Shown here: positions 13,866 to 26,274 of the stretch, piece after piece
How the letters are laid out: every line of letters begins with the position of its first letter
Numbering within the stretch: position 1 is the first letter of the stretch
Source: Octopus vulgaris
Lineage: Eukaryota
DNA length: 64,000 nt
Reading direction: 5' to 3'
NCBI GenBank assembly: GCA_951406725.2
Contig: OX597838.1
Span: 4,464,001-4,528,000 of the forward strand
Translations under genes and position numbers: made by a program
The notes under the pieces: model-generated
Database searches by the model: none
Told to the model about the DNA's origin: nothing
What the model saw: only the letters and a program-made list of their open reading frames with translations

Positions 13866-14511
13866 AATCGCCTCCTACCTCCCTGCATAATCGCCTCCTA
13901 CCTCCCAACATAATCGCCTCCTACCTCCCATCATAATTGCCTCCTACCTTCCACCATAATCGCCTCCTACCTCCCTCCATAATCGCCTCCTACCTCCCAC
14001 CATAATCGCCTCCTACCTCCCAGCATAATCGCCTCCTACCCCCCAGCATAATCGCCTCCTACCTCCCAGCATAATCGCCTCCTACCTCCCAACATAATCG
14101 CCTCCTACCTCCCAACATAATCGCCTCCTACCTCCCAACATAATCGCCTCCTACCTCCCAACATAATCGCCTCCTACCTCCCAACATAATCGCCTCCTAC
14201 CTCCCAACATAATCGCCTCCTACCTCCCAGCATAATCGCCTCCTACCTCCCAACATAATCGCCTCCTACCTCCCATCATAATCGCCTCCTACCTCCCAGC
14301 ATAATCGCCTCCTACCTCCCAACATAATCGCCTCCTACCTCCCAACATAATCGCCTCCTACCTCCCAACATAATCGCCTCCTACCTCCCAACATAATCGC
14401 CTCCTATCTCCCAGCATAATCGCCTCCTACCTCCCAACATAATCGCCTCCTACCTCCCAGCATAATCGCCTCCTACCTCCCACCAAAATCGCCTCCTACA
14501 TCCCAGCATAA
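13866..14511. repeat. 22-bp minisatellite (CATAATCGCCTCCTACCTCCCAR), ~29 copies
   Basis: Direct tandem repeats without spacers; variation is mainly at 1-2 positions per unit. Confidence 0.95.
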
Positions 14512-15579
14512 TTTCTGGCTTTGTGCTAAAATCAGGAAGAATTACTAAAGTACAATAGCATTGTTTTTCTCTTATGTTACTTATGAATCAGAAGACTATT
14601 TATAAATTGTTATCAACCAATTCTCTTTCAATGCCATCAGCATTAATAGGCCTACCTACACGAGTGTGTCCACTCCCCCACGAATTTGCTCCTCCATAAC
14701 TTTCAGCAAAATGGATAGTTTTTTATGGAATTGTCCACGAATACGCTTCAGATGCTGTAGATTCCGATTCAGTCACAATTTGTTGTGAAAATGTTTTGGG
14801 ATCGAGGGGAGAAGAGTTTCGGAAAATTCATATGAGTCGACTTTGTTTCCTCATATCTTTTAGAAAAATGAGTATCGAAATTCGGGCGCATGCTAGAGCA
14901 CCACATTAAAGGGTTTTTAATTTAGTCGAAGAAATCGACCCCGGGACTTATTCTTTTCTAAGCCTAGTACTAATTCTATCGGGTCATTTTGTCGAATTGC
15001 TAAGTTACGGGGACGTAAGTTAAGGCTGCTATTGGTTTAATGTTTAAGCGAATTCCCTTAAGGATTATTAAAGCTATCCTGTGAAACATCGGAGTTCGTC
15101 TCCATTTTGTTCGTGTCAAAATGGAGACGAATCGCAATATTGAAAAAAAAAAAAAAATTATCCATCAAAGCGGTGTTGAGCACTCTTTCTCAGTGTTCGA
15201 TGTTAATGTGTGTGTCTGTATGTGTGTGTGTGCATGTGTGTATATGTGTGTATACATGTATATATATACATACATATATATATATACATCTTTTTACATA
15301 TGTATATAGGTGGAAAATTGACAAAAAAAAACAACAAAAGACGAAGGTAGGTGGTGTAGACAACAAACAGATGTATTAGTATATCGCTTGGGAGGTGAAA
15401 AAGTCTTTAACGTTTCGAGCCTACGCTCTTCCACAGAAAGGAACACGGAAAGAAACAAGGAGAGAAAATAATGTGTAGTGGCTAGTGATCTATCATGGCG
15501 AATGCCGGACAGAAGGGTCCCATATGTATATATACATATGTATATATATGTATATATACATACATATATATATATATAC

Positions 15580-15647
<68 letters not shown>

Positions 15648-16001
15648 CATGTGTGTATTAAGGCGGCGAGCTGGCAGAATCGTAAGCACGCAGGGCGAAA
15701 TGCTTAGCGGTACCGTTACATTCTGAATTCAAATTCCAACCGGAACTGGTAAAGCTATAAATAGTAGGGTTTAAATATAGGTTCAAATAAATCCTTTTGT
15801 ATACAAAAAACAAACAAAAAAAAAAAAGGAGTCGGAGTTTACACGGGGTTCAGAAGAAATATGTCAACAAAAGTTTTGAAAAGAAAACTTGCAGAGAAAT
15901 GCCAAGGTGCAAAGATAGACAGGTAGACAGACAGACAGACAGGTAGAGTGGCAGCTTGGTTAGGTAGAACAGACAGGAAGTATAAAGAGTATTTCACTCA
16001 C

Positions 16002-16170
16002 TGTCAGTCAAGCCCCATCCCAGAACCCAGCACTCCCGGTTGACAAAGGTCTCGGTTGAGTTTTCCGGGAGGGCTATGGGAACTACCGCAGGCGTGACTT
16101 GAGCCTTCTGCGACAGCTTGACCAGTGCTATGTCGAATGGGTAACCGGAAGTCTCAACGAATTTTGGATG
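16002..16170 (-). CDS. S1A serine protease, exon 4 (catalytic Asp)
   Basis: CAG|CAT...GAC A|GTGAG; 169 nt, phase 0->1; HPKFVETSGYPFDIALVKLSQKAQVTPAVVPIALPENSTETFVNRECWVLGWGLTD, with DIAL and GWG motifs. Confidence 0.95.
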
Positions 16171-16259
16171 CTGCCATAAGAAAAAAAAAAAAAAAAAAAA
16201 AAGAGAATGATAAATAAATTAAGGAAAAAAAAAAAAGAGAATCTGGATTGAATAGTTCG

Positions 16260-17483
<1,224 letters not shown>

Positions 17484-18466
17484 ATACCGCCATCTCCCTT
17501 CCACCAACCGCATCATTTACAAAGCGATCTATAATTAGAAACAAAAGACGCCTTGTGTGTGTGTGTGTGCATGTGTCTGTGTATACCTGTGTATGTGTGC
17601 GTGCGCGCGCACGTGTTTGTGTGTGTGTGTGTGTGTGTATGCGTTGTATGTGTCTGTATGCGTTATATAGTGAGTGTGTGTGTACGGAGTGGGGGGGAAG
17701 GAGCCCGGATGAATACGGAGGATTGTCGACCGTTCCGTTTTGAAGTGTCTTGTTATGACATTGCTAAATCACCGGAGATAAGACCTTTCCTTAATCACCC
17801 GACCAACACCTGTCCATTCAATTGTCCACCCCCGTCTTCCTCTGCACTCTAGAGCAGCGCTTTTTTAATCTACGGGTCGCGGGGCGAAATGTTGGGGGCC
17901 GCGAAAATTAAATTCAAACAGTTGAATTTCAGTTTTTATATGTTATTTCACTGGCGTAGGAGTGGCTGTGTGGTAAATAGCCTACGCGGCGAGCTGGCAG
18001 AAACGTTAGCACGCCGGGCGAAATGCTTAGCGGTATTTCGTCTGCCGTTACGTTGTGAGTTCAAATTCCGCCGAGGTCGACTTTGCCTTTCATCCTTTCG
18101 GGGTCGATAAATAAAGTACCAGTTACGCACTGGGGTCGATGTAATCGACTTAATACCTATGTCTGTCCTTGTCTGTCCCCTCTGTGTTTAGCCCCTTGTG
18201 GGTAATAAAGAAATAAGGAAATAGCCTACGCTCTTCTTCAGAAAGGGACACAGGAAAAACAAGGAGAGAAACTAGGAGAGAAAAAAAATGTGGAGAGAAA
18301 AGGAAATGTTAGCGCTAAGCAGTGTTTAAGCAAAATTTAGGTCAGTTGAAATATGTTTATGACATATTCCAACTGCTAAAAGGTAAATTCACAGCAGTTA
18401 CCGAAGGGAAATATATCTCTCTTGTGGTAAAAGGTGTAAAAACACCCGCTTCGTGGTATATGTACA

Positions 18467-18498
<32 letters not shown>

Positions 18499-18583
18499 CA
18501 CACATATATATATGTATGTAAGAGCATACATATATATATGCATATACACTCACATACACACACACACACACACATATACATAT

Positions 18584-18644
<61 letters not shown>

Positions 18645-18645
<1 letters not shown>

Positions 18646-19011
18646 TAGCAGTATCGCCCGGCGTTGCTCGGGTTTGTAAGGGAAATAACTATAAAGCATT
18701 TTTAGAAAGTTATAGCCAAAATATAGCAAAAAAATGGGGAAAAATGATGGTAAATTTTTTTTGAGAGTTAAAAAGGTCGAGTTGCGTCCCCTAGACAGTC
18801 TGTGGTTTGTGTTTCTGATTCTCGACCCCCATGTCGAATTTATCGATTGTTTTCAGAACTGGGGGAACTTTTCAAAATTTTCGCTGCGTTAGTTTTGAAT
18901 TATGACATTGGGCTATGTGTGTGTCAAGTTTCATCAGAATCGGTTGAAAGCCGTGGTCAGGGTGAAGGTACAACCTGACAGACACACAGACACACACACA
19001 GACAAACTGCC

Positions 19012-19020
<9 letters not shown>
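18645..19020 (-). mobile_element. non-autonomous Helitron-like element in (TA)n
   Basis: Minus-strand 3' end: hairpin CCCGAGCAACGCCGGG then CTAG; body shared with 21495-21775; (TA)n on both sides. Confidence 0.7.
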
Positions 19021-19073
<53 letters not shown>

Positions 19074-19811
19074 GTGAATGAATTATCCTATGTTTATCGT
19101 CAGCATGGAAAATTCGTTTAACCGAAACCTGGGTAGCAAATTCACGTCAGAAACACGGTTGAAGCGACCTGTCCAAGGGTTCATGTGCAGAAATTTGTGT
19201 GTTGTATATGAATAAATGAAAGAATGGAGTCGAACGAAGATGTTAACAAAATTCCTTTACTCTCGACATATGTTTCGAAGACAACATGTTTTCATTCCAA
19301 AGGAATAAAGGGTGCATTATGTAATCTTCTCATCCGCCCACGAACAGACATAGAGACATAGAGACAACAGACATGCACAGACATAGAGATAAAAATACCC
19401 ATCACAAACTCCCCAACAATCCATCACAAACAAATGAATTTCCTCCTGCGCCTTACCAACAATTTCAAGAAATACGAACCCCACATTACTGAAATAATAC
19501 ATAGAGCCTATGCAAAAATAGGAAAGAGCTGACCAATGAACCAACAGGTGCATTAGACCACAAGTACACCAGCGGATATACCTTTTAAATATACATAACC
19601 GTTACTCCTTTACTCTTTTACTTGTTTCAGTTATTTGACTGTGGCCATGCTGGAGCACCGCCTTTAGACGAGCAAATCGACCCCAGGTTCTATTCTTTGT
19701 GAGCCTAGTACTTATTCTATCGGTCTCTTAGGCCGAACCGCTAAGTTACGGGGACGTAAACACTCCACCATCGGTTGTCAAACGATGTTGGAAGAGATAA
19801 ACACAGACACA

Positions 19812-19857
<46 letters not shown>

Positions 19858-20859
19858 CATATATACGACGGGCTTCTTTAAGTCTCCGTCTACCAAATCC
19901 AATCACAAGGCTTTGGTCGGCCCGAGACTATGGTAGAAAGACACTTGCCCAAGGTGCCACGCATTGGGACTGAACCCAGAACTGATTGGTAAGTAAGCTA
20001 CTTTCGACATATATATATATATGTATGTATGTATGTATATACGTATGTATGTATATATGCATATATGGGTACAGGCGTGGCTGTGTGGTAAGAAGCTTGC
20101 ATACCAGCCACATGGTTCCGGGTTTAGTTCCACTGCGTGGCACTTTGATGCGTTGTGGTCTTGAGCAAGAATTTTTCATCTCGCGTGGCTCTGTTCACCT
20201 GTTCAAATAATGTCTATTTGATTGAAGGGAGTGGGCTATTGTGCGGCGCAAACATAAACGAATCATTTGTGCAGGGTGTTCGGCGAAAAAAAAAAAAGAA
20301 AAAAAAGGGGGGAAAAAAGCTGATCGCTCGTTCGTCGTCTTCGACGGGAGAGAGTCGATCGCTCAGCTTGTGCGCGATAGTTTTATCTTGACGTTTGGCG
20401 ATGTCAAGTCTCCTCAAATCTCCCAGAATCTTTCTTGGGATTCTTGCGGAATATAGGATGGGTCACTTCTCTGGAGGTCGGATGTGCGAGCTTCAAGTAT
20501 GGCGCCATTGTCTAACGACTAAAACAAATAAAAAAACCAACAACAACATAACTTGAATTCGCAATCCCAAATTTATTAGGAGAATTGTTTGGAAAATAGC
20601 ACCACCATTACTACTACTGCTACTAATACTACTACTACTGCTGCTGCTGCTGCTGATGATGATGATGGTAATTTTAACTGTGAAGAGTTGACACTCCTTT
20701 TCTTCCCTTGTGACCACACTTTCCTGAAAAAAAGGATTCAACCATCTCCCTTCATAATCGTTTTTAAGTATTATTTCCCTTCCTAACTCCGCTCTTCAGA
20801 GAAGGAGACATTTCCGACATATTTCAAAACTTCTTCCTTTTTATGGTCATTTCTTCTCA

Positions 20860-20895
<36 letters not shown>

Positions 20896-20923
20896 CTCTC
20901 TCTCTCTCTCCCTCCACTCATTC

Positions 20924-21885
<962 letters not shown>

Positions 21886-21948
21886 GTCTATCTATCTATC
21901 TATTTGCCTGTCTGTTTGATTCTCTATATATGTATGTATGTATGTATG

Positions 21949-21994
<46 letters not shown>

Positions 21995-22932
21995 TTCTTT
22001 CTTTCTATTCAGCTGAAAGGATAAATCAACGATATGAACTGACACAAATACTTTGTAAGCCAGTCTCACGTGCTCTCCCGATTAACCCTTGATCAAACTG
22101 CTAGAAATAGCAACCAAATCACATCTCAGCCCTCTTAAAACAAAACAAAACAAAAACAACAAAACAACAAAAATCAATCAAAAAACTATCAAAAATAGAG
22201 GACGCATTGTATAATGTAGTCCAGGTTACACTATGCTCAAACAGAAGTGGATATCATCATGGACAGTTGGTTTCTGAATACAGATCAGCCCGACTTAGGG
22301 CTAAAATACAAGTTGTAACAACAACAGCCTTTACATGTATTCAAAATATGAAACCTGATGAATTCTGGTTGCTTTGAAGAATAAACGAATAATATCAGAA
22401 GGTCCTCAGGTTGTTCGCTTTATTTTTGTTTCTTTCTTTTGTTTTGTTCTATATTTGAGAGATGAGGAATTACTCTTTTACTTGTTTCAGTCATTTGACT
22501 GTGGCCATGCTGGAGCACCGCCTTTATAGTCGGCAAATCGACCCCCCCCCCCCAGGACTTATTCTTTGTAAGCCTAATACTTATTCTATCGGTCGTTTTT
22601 TTTGCCGAATCTCTAAGTTGCGGGGACGTAAACACGTCAGCATCGGTTGTCAAGCGATGTTTGGTGGGGTGGGGGGGGGGGACAAACACACACACACACA
22701 CATACATACGCACACACACACACACATACACACACACACACATGCACGTGCACAGATATTACACGAAAACACACACGACCACGACCACGACCACCAACAC
22801 CAACGCCACCATGCGGCCAGACATCTCACCCTACTCACACATATACACCTCCGCCACCACCACCGCCACCATCCCCCACCACCAAGGTCGCTGCCGCATC
22901 CACACATATGCACATACTCAACTCTACAACGT

Positions 22933-22993
<61 letters not shown>

Positions 22994-23191
22994 ACTTCTT
23001 CACACACATACACGCATACACACACTAAAAATATACCATCACTACTACCACCCCACCCCCACCACAGTACTATCTCCCCCAACCCCCGCCACACGACACG
23101 AACAACGAGGGTGAACCCGTATGTGGTCGCTAGATCTGCTGGAAATAACAGCCAAAAGAACAGCGGAAGATATCAAATAAAGAGGACTTAC

Positions 23192-23288
23192 AACGTAGAT
23201 TCCTGATACGAATATTTTCTGCTCGTCGCCGCTGTCCACAGACGTGTCATATTCTCCAAGGATCACTTGAAAGTTGTCCGGGTTAGCG
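23192..23288 (-). CDS. S1A serine protease, exon 3
   Basis: CAG|C...GTT|GTAAG; 97 nt, phase 2->0; (S)[32 protein letters not shown], the typical VxLGEyD segment preceding HP. Confidence 0.92.
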
Positions 23289-23350
23289 CTGGAATTGAAA
23301 CCACTTCATTAGGGTTTGAAACTTCGAAAGCATTTGATGTGTACTTATAG

Positions 23351-23385
<35 letters not shown>

Positions 23386-23499
23386 ACACACACACACACA
23401 CACATACATACACACGCACGCACACACGCACATACACACACGCACGCACGCACGCACGCGCGCACACACACACACGCACACGTATATATACAAGGAAAA

Positions 23500-24780
23500 T
23501 AAGACAATGCTAAAATGATTTTATCATGAAGAACATTTTAGTGCCGGTTTCTGCCTTTGCGACTTTTTCAACTTTCAGTTAGAGGGCTCGCACTTTCTAT
23601 GGTCATTCAAAACCGTCGTGCACATCTTTACATTTCCCCAGTCACCCTGCAAAGCCATTAAAAAATCAATAGAAGTGACTTTTTTGTGAATTTTCTATCC
23701 AAAACCCAATCAAAATGCCTGAAACTTGATATGCCAATTGAATGCCAGCTAGCTGTATGTGATTGGTCGGAGATTTGGACAGTACTTGCATGTATGAGCG
23801 CACGCACGCAGCTGTATATGCATGCACTAGCATTATGACCCGGCAACGGCGGGTCGTAGTGCTAGTAATCTAATAAATTTTCAATATAAACATTTTTCTC
23901 TTTCAAAACATTGTATCTTGGTTAGTTTATGTGAAGTGGCCGAAATCATTTTGCACGGCGATGTTTGGTAGTTGTCTCGCATCTTCCCCTCTCATTCAGA
24001 ACCCCCAGTACAAAAGTTGAGGGTAACTCTTTCTCCAGAAGCTGAGAAGAAGTCAGATGATGAGAGACCCACTCACCAAGGCTTCACACAGTTTCCCAAC
24101 TTCGTCAGATGATGAGAGACCCAGAAGTCAGATGATGAAAGACAACTAAATTGTGGAAAAATTAAAAGAAATGTTTTCAAAAAATATTTCCAGTTTTCAA
24201 ATACAAGGGACATTTTCCTTTTTTCCATCTGTCCCTCTCTCTTTTCTGAAGGCTCGGTATGTAGATAGTAGGTAGTAGTTAGAGGCAAATGTAGCCGAGG
24301 AAGGAGACGGCAAGAAAAATGTTTCTTCTTCTTCTTCTTCTTCTTCTTCTTCTTCTTCTTCTTCTTCTTCTTCTTCTTCTTCTCCTCCTCCTCCTCCTCC
24401 TCCTTCTTCTTCTTCTTCTTCTTCTTCTTCTTCTTCTTCTTCTTCGCCGTCTCCTTCCTCGGCTACTGCTGCTTAAACTATCAAAGCCAAGAACTCACAT
24501 CCCTCATATCAAATATTCTTTTACATCTGTTACTACCTACCTACCTACCTACCGAACCTTCACAAAAGTAAAAGAGAGAAAGGGGCAGACAGAAAAAGGA
24601 AAATGTCCTTGCATTTGAAAACTATGGAAATATTTAAAAAAAAACATTTCATTTAATTTTTCCACAATTGTTTTTCATGCTTGACTGAAAGTTGAAAAAG
24701 TCACAAAGACAGAAACCGGTACTAAAATGCTCTTCATGATAAACTTATCTTATCATTGTCTACCTTGTCTTATATTTCCA
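23500..24780. repeat. degenerate nested fold-back (inverted repeat) element
   Basis: ~23505-23580 is inverted to ~24683-24760, and ~24150-24318 to ~24443-24668, with a (CTT/CCT)n centre. Confidence 0.75.
23576..23866 (+). mobile_element. Helitron-like fragment with intact 3' terminus
   Basis: GACCCG-GCAACGG-CGGGTC hairpin then CTAG (23862-23865); the 5' part of the same family lies on the minus strand at ~29984-30155. Confidence 0.65.
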
Positions 24781-24843
24781 TATACATATCAACTTGCGTG
24801 TTACTTTGCAACCGTCTACATTCGCGTGCGCGCGCACTCACAC

Positions 24844-24894
<51 letters not shown>

Positions 24895-25292
24895 GGAGTA
24901 AACACATAAATGTGAAACAAGGTGGAAAAAAGAGTACTCAAATACCAGTGGTAGAGTAATATGCTTTATTTAGACAGTTTTTGCTAGAAAAAACTGTCTA
25001 ATGAACGGCAACGAGAAACTCAGAGTAACAGATTTTGTTGAATTTTCTGCTGCTTTAAATAAAGTATATATATATATATATATTATGTGAAATAGAAAGA
25101 TGAATAATCTTGTAGCAGATTAATCAAAAGTTTAACCGATACCTTGGTAGCAAAAATCACAGCAGAAAACAGCACGGTTGGAGGTACAACCATATGGTGT
25201 TGCAACCGTGCGTTGGTGCGGATAATTGAAATTAAAATATTATTGGTGAATTGAAGAAATGGAGCTGAACGAAGATTGAACAGAAATCGTTT

Positions 25293-25385
25293 TATTTCAT
25301 TCTACACGTGTTTCGAAAGGCACAATTTACCAAAATCCGATTGAATAATGAGACCATATTGTGTCTTTCTCTTCAGGAAGAAATA
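25293..25385 (-). ncRNA. minimal type-I hammerhead ribozyme (mirror copy; sense in the protease pre-mRNA)
   Basis: Reverse complement of 25721-25813. Confidence 0.7.
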
Positions 25386-25720
25386 GGAAATCCGTTGGAA
25401 AAAACAAAAACAGAACAGAGGCGGAGCAAAACAAATCGAACTAGGCTCCTAAGTATACACACACATGTCTCTAAGTAGATTTTTTCTCGCCCCTTATAAA
25501 ACATCCAATATTCCTTAAATAGTCAGAACTTTATTCTCGGTCACAAAGAACATCTACACACCCTCACCCACATGATTGACCGCTGCCTGACCCGTTAAAA
25601 TCTTCAGCCACCGGTTCTCAACATACACTGATAAACAGTTTTGCCATGGGCCCTTAGGAGCCTAGTTCGATTTGTTTTGCTCCGCCTCTGTTCTGTTTTT
25701 GTTTTTTCCAACGGATTTCC

Positions 25721-25813
25721 TATTTCTTCCTGAAGAGAAAGACACAATATGGTCTCATTATTCAATCGGATTTTGGTAAATTGTGCCTTTCGAAACACGT
25801 GTAGAATGAAATA
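25721..25813 (+). ncRNA. minimal type-I hammerhead ribozyme
   Basis: Stem I TATTTCTTC/GAA-T-GAAATA; core CTGAAGA (25730-36); 12-bp stem II GAAAGACACAAT/ATTGTGCCTTTC with 1 mismatch; GAAA (25792-95); palindromic stem III ACACGTGT; GUA cleavage triplet (after 25803). Confidence 0.72.
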
Positions 25814-25863
25814 AAACGATTTCTGTTCAATCTTCGTTCAGCTCCATTTCTTCAATTCACCAA

Positions 25864-25927
<64 letters not shown>

Positions 25928-25995
25928 TATATATGAGTAAATAAAAAAAGACGTATGCAGACATACACAGTCTACATATATAAAATGTGTATTAC

Positions 25996-26176
25996 CTGAA
26001 AGCGACGCAGTGGGCAGCCGTAAGGAGCCAGTCTTCTTTGAAGAGAGAAGCTCCACAAAGATGATTAAAGTAATAGTCGGGCGAAGGGCGATAGCGAATT
26101 GAGGCCTGGTGCAACCATTTGCGCTCCGTCACGTCATTGCCACCCACGATGAACAGATTGGTCAACTGGGCTGTAT
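25996..26176 (-). CDS. S1A serine protease, exon 2 (activation site IVGG, catalytic His)
   Basis: TTTTCAG|AT...AG|GTAAT; 181 nt, phase 1->2; (D)TAQLTNLF-IVGGNDVTERKWLHQASIRYRPSPDYYFNHLCGASLFKEDWLLTAAHCVAF(S). Confidence 0.95.
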
Positions 26177-26220
26177 CTGAAAATAATCAATCATCGATAA
26201 GTATCTTCTTTGTCTGACGT

Positions 26221-26274
<54 letters not shown>

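Larger units (their letters stand above)
25236..25870. repeat. 218-bp inverted repeat (arms 25236-25453 / 25653-25870, 199-bp spacer), Penelope-like pLTR-type structure
   Basis: Arms are reverse complements with no mismatch seen on reading; the element is bounded by (TA)n; a related family member lies at ~19070-19340. Confidence 0.9.

Noticed and set aside
13866-14511. CRISPR-like array
   Set aside because: The 22-bp units are directly adjacent with no unique spacers; eukaryotic context and no cas genes.
20300-20518. Exon-like CpG-rich island with a good minus-strand acceptor (TTTGTTTTAG)
   Set aside because: Frames close within ~35 codons with no recognisable protein motif; cannot be supported without transcripts.
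24683-24725. Hammerhead-like GAAACCGGTA in the 23.5-24.8 kb fold-back
   Set aside because: Palindromic stem III is present, but there is no intact CUGANGA box at the right spacing.
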